From assembly GCF_011386835.1 (NCBI RefSeq), contig NC_088810.1:18662001-18726000 (forward strand): 64,000 nucleotides of DNA, in the 5' to 3' direction. The notes under the pieces were generated by a model, which was not told the origin of the DNA, searched no databases, and saw only the letters and a list, made by a program, of their open reading frames with translations. The translations under genes were made by a program, and so were the position numbers. Each line of letters opens with the position of its first letter. The stretch's first letter is position 1. Positions 11,682 to 23,600 of the stretch are shown piece by piece. Origin of the DNA: Chrysemys picta bellii (taxonomy: Eukaryota).

Positions 11682-13112
11682 GAGTAGAGTACGCTGAGCT
11701 TCATGCATCTCAGCTGCTAGAGAAAGGAACGGAAACATGCGGGAGGAGGTGGCGTATTTTTTAATGAGCAACATTTAGAATTACAGCTTCAAAGCGAGGA
11801 GTTAGTATCAAACCAGGCGGCATGTGCAGGCTCCATGGCTGGGGGAGCCCCTCCCATTGATAAAACATTGTTACTGAGAGAATACAGACGGGTGTTGGCC
11901 CAAGACCCTGTGGATCGAGCCCTTTAGGAAAAGCAGCAGTCTCCCTCCAGGACTGGGATGCGGAGAGAGCCTGACCTCACACAGCTCCGTCCAGACACAG
12001 TTTCCCAAGATCTCTCTCACCATCAAGGGTCTGGTTCGTTTTGTGACTTCCTGCTCTGTATAGGCCGGATGGACGAGCGGGTTAATTTTCAGTTACATTT
12101 TGGAACGGAGCCACATGCAGCAGCAGTGAAGAGCAGTAAGAAGCAGTAAAACCGACCCACAGCTTTTACAGAAAGTCAACACCTTACAGGATGGTCCTGT
12201 CATTGAGCTCGGCAGTGAAACAGCTGTGAGTGTCCAGGCTTGGATCCCCGTGTGGGCTACGATTTCCCCCTTTTCCCTTTCACTGGTCGTTGCTCCCTGC
12301 TCTGGTTGGGATTCCTTGAATCAAACTCCAGTTGGGCATGAACTGTTTGACCCTGTTTGACAACATTTAGCAACATTAGACATCTCCCTGCAAGGTTAAT
12401 TAGTAAAACTTCGATGGATTTGGACACAACAGTCAGTTACATTTACAAACTGATTGTTAAACTGTAATTAAAATTCCTCTGTCCAAACAGTGCACGTCAT
12501 TAGCACTGAAACCATCATGGGAATCTTGCTTTAAAAGTTCAACACGTGGCTGAAAAAGGCGTTTAGGATTGAGACAGTTTTTCATCTGCCCATGAACTCC
12601 TCTAAGTCTGCTGCTTTCACTCTTTGACTGAATTTCCAAAACTGACGGAAAAGGCCAAATCCAGGCTTAGCAGAATTACAGGGGTATTAGAACTGCCTGA
12701 ATCCTAAATTCACTTGTTTTGAAGCCTCCGTTTTTCTTCACCATTTACAGCTGTTTTCTGACCAATTTATACCCCAGCCCAGATTATCCTCCCACTTCAA
12801 TGGGAGTTGTGCAGTTACAACTGAATGGCTAACCAGGCCTCTGCTGTGTAATTTACATCACTGGTTACATCCCAATGGAATTTGCCCAGAGATTCCCATG
12901 GGAGTTTCACCTGCTTATTTCAGGCAGAAGTTTGCCCTGTGTGATAACGCAAATGATGAGTGATAGAAATTGTGTGTCAGCCATCAGATGCACTGGCGGT
13001 TCCAAGCACCGAGCCTGGCTGAATACAGCACTCGTCTCTACAGAAGAGCTGCTGCGTTACATGAGTGTAGGAAGGAATAAATGTTCAATAGGGACGAACA
13101 GAAAGAACTGAG

Positions 13113-13959
13113 TAGGGTTACCATACGTCCGGATTTTCCCGGACATGTCCGGCTTTTGGGGGCTCAAATCCCCGTCCGGGGGGATATCCCCAAAAGCCGG
13201 GCATGTCCGGGAAAATCCGGAGGGAGGGAGGGATTGGCCGGGGCCTCTTTGGCCGGGGCCGGTGCGGGGCTGGGCCGGGGTCGCGGGGCCGGGGGCATGG
13301 TGCCGGGCCGGGAGCCGGGCCGGGCGCGCGGTGCCGGGGTCGCAGTGCCGGGCCGGGCTGGGCTGGGCGCGGGGCCGGGCGGGGAGCAGGGGGCGCGGTG
13401 CCGGGAGCCGGTCCTGGCCTGCGGGGCCGGGCCGCTGGGGGGTGCACTGGGCTGCGGAGCCGGTCCGGGGTCGCGCCGGGCCGCGGAGCCGGGCCGCTGG
13501 GCGGTGCGCCGGGCCGGGCCGCTGGGGGGTGCGCGGGGCCGGGGGGGTGCGCCGGGCCGCAGGGCCGGGGGGGTGCGCCGGGCCGGGAGCCGCGGGGTGC
13601 GCTGAGCCGGGGGGCCGGTCCGGGAGCCGGTCCGGGGTCGCGGGGCCGGGGGGTGCGCCGGGCCGCCGGGGGCCGGCCGGCAGTGCTGGGCGGGCCGGGG
13701 GTGGTCGGCCGGGGCCGGCACCCCAGGGCCCGAGCCGACCCAGGCTGGAGCCGCCGGGGGGGCCAGCCTGGGCCGCACCTCCTCCTCCCCCCGCCCCTTA
13801 CCTGCTTCAGGCTTCCAGCGAATTAAATGTTCGCGGGAAGCAGGGGAGGGGGCGGAGACTTTGGGGAGGGGGCGGAGTTGGGGCGGGGGCGTGGGCGGGG
13901 CTGGGGGCGGGGCCCCGTGGAGTGTCCTCCATTTGGAGGCACAAAATATGGTAACCCTA
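13113..13959. mobile_element. hAT-type element with extremely GC-rich internal tandem repeats
   Basis: Perfect TIR tagggttaccata / tatggtaacccta; 8-bp TSD gaactgag (13105-12, 13960-67). Confidence 0.9.
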
Positions 13960-14065
13960 GAACTGAGAGAACTGTTTTCAATTATTTTGTGAGAAATCAG
14001 CCCCACTATTAATAGGGCTGCTGCTACCTCTCCACACCTGGGGCGGACTGTAGTGTGTTGATTAC

Positions 14066-16887
14066 CTGGAGTAGAACAGCAGTGACTCCAGGCCAGGCTC
14101 AGGGACACCATCAACACCACCAGGGAAATCACCACTGCATAGCGCAGCGTCTGCGCCACACACCCGCTGGGATGGGCTGTGGAGGAAGCGGACACCAGTG
14201 GACCATCAGGAGGTGAAAGAATCTTTTTTGAAACTTTTCATTAAACCCTTTGGTTTTAACTTCCAATCCCAGCTCTGTATTCACCTCTCCCCAGTAGTTA
14301 TTATTTAATTCTTTACAGTGCTTTATAGGTACAATCTGGGTGAAAGCTGCTCTAGAAATCCGAGCTACATTGTCTTGGGGTCTCTCTAATGTCTCAGTTT
14401 AGCTTTCCCCAAATTCTCTGCAAATCTGCCTACTTTTAATTATGACATAAAATATTCCAGCTTTCTGGGATGGAAAGTTACGTAGAAGCAACTCGGATTG
14501 TGGCCACTTGACACCTATTTCACATCTGAATCTCCATTAGCCTCAAATATCATATCACTCACCTGCAGGATACCTGGTACTTTTCTTCACACTGCTGCCA
14601 GAAGAGTTGAATTTGACTTCACAGGTGAAATTCTTCCCACTGGTCCAGGTGTCCATGGGGACGCTGATGTGATTTATGAGGGTTAAAGATCCATCTCTTG
14701 CTTTCAATGAGCGCGTCAGCCCCAGTTCCTGCAGCTCCCCAGAAACACTCCAGGAAACACGGACTGGGCTGGACACTCCATGGATCACACAGGCCAGATT
14801 CGCTGTCCCAGTGACTTGAATATCATGTGGAAATGGGACCAGAAGCATCACCCAGCTGCTGTTGGTATAACTGTCTGAGCAGAAGGAGGTGGAGAATTCA
14901 GTGTGATGATCAGATGAGCTGCAGACTGATTAAAGATGTTAATCTTTCACTAAGACATTAATTCAAAGAAAAAAAGCTATTGAAGAAGAAGGAACTATGA
15001 AATCACCACACCAAGACTAAACTATAATATAGCACAATACATATTTACATTAGCCAGAATGGAAATTGTGTGCTCTTTTATCAAGAGATGCTCTCTTGAG
15101 AACATTTCATTAAATTGAAATATAGTTTCATGCAGTCATGGCTCTTAGGGTGGAAATATTCCCCTCCTGGGTGCCCTGAATAGTCACAGATTAACTTCAA
15201 TAGTTTTTTGCTGGCACTTTCAAGTTGTAACCTTTTTGATATAAAATATATCTGTATGATATTCCTTCTGTACTCATCGCATTTAATGTTTAGCTGATCT
15301 TTTTGGTTTAAAGTATGCTTTCCCTTTAGCCCTTCATCACTAGTTATGGTATCTAATTACATTTTACTGGAAACATGCAGGGCTAGCCCTAGACCAGAGC
15401 TAGGCAACCTATGGCACGCGTGCCAAAGGCGGCACACGAGCTGATTTTCAGTGGCACTCACACTGCCCGGGTCCTGGCCACCGGTCTGGGGGGCTCTGCG
15501 TTTTAATTTCATTTTAAATGAAACTTCTTAAACATTTTAAAAACCTTATTTACTTTACATACAACAATAGTTTAGTTATATATTAAAGACGTACAGAAAG
15601 AGACCTTGTAAAAACGTTAAAATGTATGACTGGCATGGAAAACGTTAAATCAGAGTGAATAAATGAAGACTCGGCACACCACTTCTGAAAGGCTGCCAAC
15701 CCCTGCCCTAGACCAAAGGGTGCCCCAGGCGAGGCGCGCCCCACCTCTCCATTTGTTAAACTTTTGAATACCTTATTTTTTATTGCATTTGTAGCGCATT
15801 TCACGACTTTGCATGCATGATTTATCCCTGTCATATAAGCCGATAAATTTGCATGCTAGGATCTGTAAATCTGTATTGATTCATGCTCTGTATAAGCAAA
15901 ATAAAAAATACGTTTCCTCTGAGCTAATAGAAACTTTTAAATTTAACTTTTAAATGTACTTACATCAAGAAATGGAACTGTGCACCAACACTGGGTGACC
16001 AGTGTTAAATAGTGTTACAGTCGGTGACAGCCTTAGAATGTTAACCCTGGTCCTTTAGTTCAAAGGGTTGCTTTTCTCGCCTTTGCCCTCGCAAACTGGA
16101 AAAACAGCACCTGAACCTGGCACACTCCAAGCCCAACACCCCAAGGGGTCACTGGGATCACCTGCCCCTAAATCCGGCTCTGGGAACATGAAATATGCTT
16201 TGTCAATCAGTTATTAATGTCCTCCAACAAGCTATTGTTCCTTACCTCCAACAATCAGTGTGGATCCATTCCCGAAAAGCAGGTAGCTGCTGTCTATATA
16301 TGCACAATAGTAAATGCCAGACTCAGTCTTTTGGACGTTGCTGATTTCCAGTGTCGAGCTGTGTGTCTCGTGTTTGCAAGCAAATTTACTTACATTTTGA
16401 TCATCCAAACAGCACTTAATGCAGGTGGGTGTCTCGCCTTCTCGTCTCAAATACCAAAACATTCTACTTCCTTCCAATTTCTCTTTGGAAGAACAGTGGA
16501 TCTTTGCGGTGTCACTAACTTCAACAAACTGGATCCGCTGAGTCTGGTACAGAAATAACTGCACTCCTAGCACTGGAGAAATAAAATATCGTTATAGTCA
16601 GTGTCCGTCAGGTCTCCAAGTGACACAGATGGACTGGATAGCTCAGCCATAGAAATTACTTAATCTGATAACATCTACGCTCTGCAGCCTAAATGCTAAA
16701 AAAAATGGCTATAACTTTGTACAAGTGAATGGAAATGCAATTACAATCCAGCAAAAGTCTCCAAACTATCATAGATATTCAACACTGATGTCCTATTAAA
16801 GGAGGCTGTTTTCTCAATTCCAAATTTTAATACAAACGTTTTACCTAAGGAAGATAAAACAAGATATTCGGCAAAGATCATTTTCAT
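14066..16887 (-). CDS. PRARP: B1: type-B V(J)-C1-TM receptor with divergent Arg-containing TM; cytoplasmic exon(s) not identified
   Basis: Exons: 16887-16845 (MKMIFAEYLVLSSL); 16572-16246 (V, YYCAYIDSSYLLFGNGSTLIV); 14874-14563 (C1, NLACVIHG..VSW..FTCEV); 14176-14066 (AHPSGCVAQTLRYAVVISLVVLMVSLSLAWSHCCSTPG). All open with canonical splice sites. Confidence 0.82.
15395..15705. mobile_element. hAT-type element in the B1 V-C intron
   Basis: Ends cagagctaggcaacc / ggctgccaacccctg; 8-bp TSD ccctagac (15387-94, 15706-13). Confidence 0.85.
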
Positions 16888-17009
16888 AAAAAAAGTAAAA
16901 TAAAATCCTGACACACTGGCCCAAAGGCTGATACCTAGTGCACTGCTGCAGTGACTGGGTTCAGTGTCTCGGTTATGTCCAGTGAGGAACGCCTCCGAGG
17001 AGGATGTGC

Positions 17010-17020
17010 TGTGGTGATAG
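17010..17020 (+). promoter_or_regulatory. Candidate RUNX+GATA motif about 120 bp upstream of the B-type ATG
   Basis: TGTGGTGATAG; TGTGGT also at 608-613, 32076-81 and 50190-95; mutated to TCTGGT in B2. Confidence 0.35.
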
Positions 17021-18620
17021 ATACTAGAGGGGTGGGTTAAAGACTCTACAAAGGGTACAGCATTTCTTGTAGAATTTCTCTGCATTCGAATGGCACAGGG
17101 GTGTACTATAATGATTTAGAATAATTTTAACATCCAGAACATGGATGATCTATGTAAACAAACCCACCTGATTTCGGAGCACAAGTCCCATTGACTTTCA
17201 AAGGAGAATGCTCCTAAATCACTTAGTTCTTTTGATGGCCCCAACCTAAGTCTCTTCCCAGCCTTCCATGTTTGGTCCATTATTGTATCATATTTCTTGG
17301 TGCTACAACACTGACCTGTAATGAACATTTGGAGTCTCGTCTTGGAGGACTTAAATTGCACCTTTAATCATCAATCTGAAAGCTCCGCCATGTTTGAGAA
17401 ATAAGACAGTGAAGGATACAATTTTCAAAAGTGACTTAGGGCCAGATTTTCAAAGGTATTTAGTTGCCTAAGGATGCAGAGAGGCACCTAGTGGGATTTA
17501 CAAACATGGCTAAGCGGGTCAGGGGGCCTCACTCTTACCAAAGTCAATGGAAGCTAAACACCTCACTTGCCTCCATTTGGATCTAGCAATGGACTGGCTA
17601 AAAATGAACGGAACGTGGCTGGTTAGAGAGCTGCATCTGGCTCTACAGCGTATACAGAGAATTAAAGCGTATCTGTCAGTGACCCTTCTGAAACAGTGGG
17701 CAATGGAGGGCAACACGGGCTAGCGAGTACAGCCATTGGCTCAGAAAAGACGAGATTCCCTAGGTGCTTTGATAGCATCTTCTTAGCCCACACCCCATTT
17801 TTTAGGCTGCACTGACTGGCTGAAACTCCCTTAGCAAAGTGGGGATCGTTATATCACAAACCCCTTCCAGGCAACGCTCTAATGCTGGGGACCATCTTCC
17901 TTCCCTTCCTTTCCCCTCTCCCACTCTCATGCTTGGGAAGCCACCTGGGCTAAATTCTGCAGTCCCTGACTGAGGCAACGTTAAGTGGAAGCAGGAGTTT
18001 GGCCTGACGAAGGACGACTGGACAGGCCAAGATTCTGCCTGATTTCTAGCCCAAGGGCATTACTGACAATGACACAGCTTCCCCTTTGCACCAATGTAAA
18101 GAGGAGTTTAGAGGAGCATAAATTACACTCACCCCCACTTCCAGGCCCCTGGGCGTTACCATGATGGACAGGGGCTTAGTGCAAATGAGAATCCGGTCCC
18201 CAGGCTCGCTGTTAAGGGGCTGAAGATTGTCAGTGGTCATACAGATAAGACCATAGAAATCATAACGCTATTCGAGCAAAATTTCTCCCCAGCCCAGTTC
18301 CTGTAAGGGCCTGTTATCACCCTCCCAGTAACACTGATTGACAATGGCACAAAGCCCTATTTACTGCTCTAAGGTTCCCAGCAAAAATACTTTACAATGT
18401 GCAGTGCTTTAAGGAGCTGATCCTAACAGCAGCTGAGCACCCACCACTCCCCTTGACTTTGCTGAGTGTGGCGGGTGCCCAGCATATCACAGCAGGTGTC
18501 TCAGCACCGTGCAGGATTGGGCCCTTACAGTGTATACAGAAATCCCTTCATGCACGGTGGGGGTGGAGCGGGGCAGCTGTCTGACAGCCCCACAGCAGCA
18601 CGGCGCAGTGCCTTAGGGCA

Positions 18621-18630
18621 GGAAGTGAAA
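18621..18630 (+). promoter_or_regulatory. Candidate ETS-IRF composite element (EICE) upstream of B1
   Basis: GGAAGTGAAA matches GGAAnnGAAA; identical at 26306-15 (upstream of B2) and 52487-96 (upstream of B4). Confidence 0.45.
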
Positions 18631-19277
18631 AGGAGGAAAGTAGCCAAGTGTAGCTACAGGAGCAATTTTACACTCATGTAATTACCAGGGCTGGGGCAGA
18701 AAATGGATTTTGCATCTCACACCAATGTTAAGATATCGAAAAATGTTCCCATCTCAAATTGGGATGAAAAGTCAAAATCTCAATAATTTTCTTGAACCAA
18801 ATATTCAAAAATAATTTTTGGTTTGGATGAGTGGAGGCATTTTCTCTTCACAGTTTTGCAATGTTTCCTTTCAATTTTGAGCATATTAATTTTTTTTTTA
18901 AATGCAACTCTAATTAGCTTAAATTTCGAAGCAAGACGTCATTGCGAACTGGGAAAACTGGAATTTTTCATTTTGTAAAATATCAAAATGAAAAATTTCA
19001 ACCATTTGGAAAAACCTTTTTTTCAAATAAAAAAATCTTTATCAAAACCAACCCACAAACATTTCCCAAATGGGAAGGTGGCCAAGGCACCAGAGCCAGC
19101 TGCTCTCGTCTTGCACAAAGCATCATGGGATTGCCAGGGAGTTCAAGTCACCATTTATTCCAGCCCTCGGGTTTAAGTTTCAGTGGAAATCTGGGCCCTC
19201 CTGTAGCCCTGGTTCAGTTCTCAGGGCAACATGGGACCAGGTTCAGACCGTTAGTCATTCATTTTTTATTGGCGCTC

Positions 19278-19600
19278 ATAGAAACATAGAAATATCAGAT
19301 TGGACGGGACCTCAAAACATCCTCAAGTCCAGCCCATTATGGTGAGGCAGGGCCAAGTTAACCTGGACCATCCTTGACAGGTGTTTGTCCAACCTGTTCT
19401 TAAAACCTCCAGTGACGGGGATTCCACAACCTCCCTCGGACGCCTGTTCCAGAGCTGAACTAACCTTAGAGTTGGAAAGATTTTCCTAGTATCTAACCTA
19501 AATCTCCCTTGCTACAGATTAATCCCATTACTTTTTGCCCTTCCTCTGGTGGGCATGGAGAACAATTGATCACCGTCCTCTTTGAAACAGCCCTTAACAT
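19278..19600 (-). mobile_element. CR1 3'-end fragment (paralogous copies at about 26740-27040 and 44744-45040)
   Basis: catagaaacatagaa start is the reverse of the CR1 ttctatg terminal repeat, followed by typical CR1 3' sequence (ggggattccacaacctccc..cctgttccag). Confidence 0.7.
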
Positions 19601-20632
19601 ATGTGTAGAGGTGTGTGTAGTAAGGGAGATAGAAAGGGCCGGATTCTGCTCTCAGAGTCACCAATGTAAATCCAGAGTAACGCCACTGACTGCAACAGAG
19701 CTCCTCCAGATTTACACTGCTGCAAACCAGAGCAGAATCGGGCCCAAAGAATTTAAGACGTCACCTTTCTTATTACACAATATGCTGAGATTGATGCATT
19801 GAACGGGTAAAAGAGGCAACACAAACATCACTAGTGGGATTGCCGTCTCTTTTTAATGAGTGACAGAACGACAGCTTGAAGAACAAGAAGTTGTGATGTG
19901 CAGGCTCAGGCACCAGGAGAGCTCTAGTCATTGACAAGGTGTTTTCATTGTTAGATGGTGCAGAGGGGAGATGCACATGGGGCCCTGTGGATCTCGCCCG
20001 TGGGGAAAAGCAGCAGTCTCTAGAATGGACATTGTATTAGCAGCTCCCGCACTGGTCTGGGGAGAGATTCTCATCCCTCAGAGCTTCTCCTGCATCCATC
20101 CTTCCCCTTCAGAATCCCATTGCACGTCCATGTAACGTGAGCATGAACCTGCTGAAGATCAGGGGAGCTGGGAGCTGTGGCGTATACAGGGGCTGCATGT
20201 CCCCTCTGCAGCCTCCTGCCGTCCAGCCTCACTCTATGCAGGAAAGTTATAGTTGTTCAGCTGTGTCCGGGTCCCTCTGCACATGGCGGGAGGATGATGA
20301 TTGTGTTACCATAGCACGCAGGAGCCCCAGTTATGGATCAGGCCCCCTGGTGCTCAGCGCTGCACAAACACAGTACAAAGACAGTCCCTGCCCCAAAGAG
20401 CTTCCAATCTAATACACAAGTGATGTGTAAAGTCATCTACACCATGATGCCTTTATAACCCAAAAGGAGATTCTCTTTGGGGATCTTCTGACCTTTATTT
20501 TTTAAACAGAAGTGGAGAAAATAAAAAACAAAATAGACTGAGACAGCCAGCTGGAAGGAGGCTCTGTCTACTTCCAATCAGCAGAGAACCAATCATCAGT
20601 TCCTGCTTGTGGATTCCCCTGCACTAGACAGT

Positions 20633-23600
20633 TCAGGGTTTTACATGTTTCCCTCTGGCCGGTCGCTGCATCTTCTGCCTGTTGCGATTCCGCGAATCAA
20701 AATCCAGATGAGCGTATAAGATCCCACCCTGTTTGGCGACAGTTAGAAAAATTAGCCACCTCCTTGTAAAATGAAGGGATACAAGCTGAGACAGAATCAG
20801 ACATCCAAGTGAGTTTAGCCTGATGAAAAATTCCCTCATCTCTGATTCTCCTGCTTGTCCTATAAATGGTGCGTGTTATCGGAATGGAAACCAGCGCTGG
20901 ATTCTGACTTTAAGAATCAGCTACTGACAATATTTGGCCAGATCCAAACCCCATGTCAAAGGACAGTCTCCTACTGAGGTCCAGTGAGCTTTGGATCAGG
21001 CCCGTAGAACCTGTCACTGGAAAATCTTCATGTGCTTTACAAATATAATTTCTTACAGCTCTTTATCTTATAAGTGCCAGAAATGTTCCCAGCTGTACAA
21101 AAACCCTGTAAAGGGCACAGTCAGAACCAATAAAACATCATAAGTCTTGTTATCCACTATTTATGTAGGGGGAAACTGAGTCACAGAGCACTAAGTGACT
21201 TGCCCACTATCCTACATTAACTTAGGAGCAAAGTTAGCAGTAAAACTCTGTGCTCTCCTTCAGCTACTTCAAAAGCTAGATCTCACTTTCACTTCCTCCT
21301 TCCAGAACAATCAATTTAAGTGCCAAATATATGAAGTTGATGGATTAGAAATGCCTGAGACAAACACATTGATTTAGACAGAGATAGTTTGCAAAGAGCC
21401 GTACCTGGTGCTCCTCTGAAGATGGAGATGCTGAGATCCTGGGCTGGAATCCTGGAACAAACAAAGACAACAGTAAAAGTTCCTCTTCCACAGTCACTCC
21501 CCCAGCTGTAGTTCATTGACTAATGGTGCATCCGAGCTGTGGGTGCGCAGGGCACCACCATGCATGGCACATGGAGAGAGGCTACTGCTCTTTGTGAACT
21601 ATACACAAGGTGTCTGGGCCATGGGCGGTAGAAGTATTTTCTACATCGCTCCCTTTGTCACGGAGAACAAAGCCGTTCTCCCGACACAGGAAATTCAAGT
21701 TTCAGAAAACAAACATTCTGAGATCAGTGCTGGCAGTTGTGACATTTGCAGCATGTTCATGTGTTGGACGGGACAGTTACAAGCAGGGGAGTGGGATTTC
21801 TCTCTGCGGGAGAGTGTCTGGGCTGGGCTGTGTTTATTACCTAGAGTAGAAGGGCAGAGGGTCCAGACGAGGCTCAGAGACACCACCAGCAGCAGCAGAC
21901 CAGCACCAGCCGCAAGGGGCACAATGTAATGTGAGCACTCGCTCGCAGGGGCTGTGGAGGAAGCAAAAAAAACAGACAAAAATGCCTGACTTGAGCAAAG
22001 GGGGTCGTGATGCCACCACATCCAGCTCTTCTCTACTGACCCCACTTCACCCCGGGCCTTAACCCCTGAGAAGCGAGGATACAGGAGACTTCAGCACCTT
22101 TCAGTCTCTCTGCTGTGCCCTTGGCATTAGGCCGATGATTTCTCCTGTAATCAGAATCTTCTCTGCACCTCTGCCACCTACAAAATCCTCCCTGTAGGTC
22201 TCTCCTCACCTCATCGCCTCTCCACATCTCACCAGAAAACAGCTCTCTGTGCCCTCAAGTGCCTCTGTTCCCTTCTCCCTCTGACACTGGCTGTCATTTA
22301 ACTCGGTAGGGTGCTTTACAGATACAGCTGGTGTGAAAGTTTCAATAGGAAGTTACTGTCTTGTGAATATTGCAATTCCTCTTGTCTCCTTTCCCAAAAT
22401 TCTCTGCACATCTACGAAATCCTCTCTGGAGGTCTCTCTTCATCTCATTGCCTCTCCATCACTTTGCATCTCTCATTGGAGAGCACGTCTTCTCAAATGT
22501 CTCTTAATTTCCCTTTATTTATTATTTAACTCTCAACAGGGATTCATATGTACAATCTGGGTGAAAGCTGCCCTAAAGATCACAACCAAATTGTCTAGTG
22601 ATCCCTGTAATGTAAAGTTACCTTTCCCCAAATTCTCTAGAGAAATTCTAACTAATAAGACATAGACTATTCCAGCTTTCTGTGATGGAAAGTTACGTAG
22701 AAGCTGCTCTGAGTGTGGCCACTTGACACCCATTTCACATCTGAGTCTCCCTTAGCCTCAAATATCATATCACTCACCTGCAGGATACCTGGTACTTTTC
22801 TTCACACTGTTGCCAGAAGAGTTGAATTTGACTTCACAGGTGAAATTCTTCCCACTGGTCCAGGTGTCCATGGGGACGCTGATGTGATTTAGGAGTGTTA
22901 AAGATCCATCCTTTGCTTTCAATGAGCGCGTCAGCCCCTGTTCCTGCAGCTCCCCAGAAACACTCCAGGAAACATGGACTGGGCTGGACACTCCATGGAT
23001 CACACAGGCCAGATTTGCTGTCCCAGTGACTTGACTGCCATGTGGAAATGGGACCAGAAGCATCACCCAGCTGCTGTTGGTATAACTGTCTGAGCAGAAG
23101 GAGGTGGAGAATTTAGTGTGATAGTCAGATGAGCTGCAGTCTGATTAAAGATGTTAACCTTTCACTCAGACACAAGGTGGGTGAGGTAAAATCTTTTATT
23201 GGACCAACTTCTGTTGGTGAAAGAGACAAGCTTTGAAGCTTACACAGAGCTCTTCTCCAGGTCTGGGAAATAAATTCAGAGTGTAATTTCCCGGATCTAC
23301 AGGCGAGCTCTGTGTAAGTTCAAAAGCTTGTCTCTCGCACCAACAGAGCTTGGTCCAATAAAATATTTGATCTCACCCACCTTGTCTCCCTTATATCTTA
23401 GGGCCAACACAGCTACAACAACACTGCACAAATCTTTCATTAAGACATTAATTAAAAAAAAAATCTGTTGAAAAAGGAAGTATTAAATAACCACGCCAAC
23501 ACCAACTAGGATATAACGCAATAAATATCCACAGTTGCTAGAAGGAAAATTGTGTGCAATTTTATAAAGAGATGCACTCTTAAGAATATTTCATTAACCC

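Noticed and set aside
12907-13037. Candidate B1 terminal exon after tcttctgtag (ETSAVFSQ..ISR*)
   Set aside because: Plausible acceptor but no homology to paralog exons and no motif. It cannot be supported without cDNA.
13081-14195. Long overlapping ORFs (174-343 aa) in the ORF track
   Set aside because: Low-complexity G/P/A/R translations of the GC-rich transposon interior. Only 14066-14176 is a real exon.
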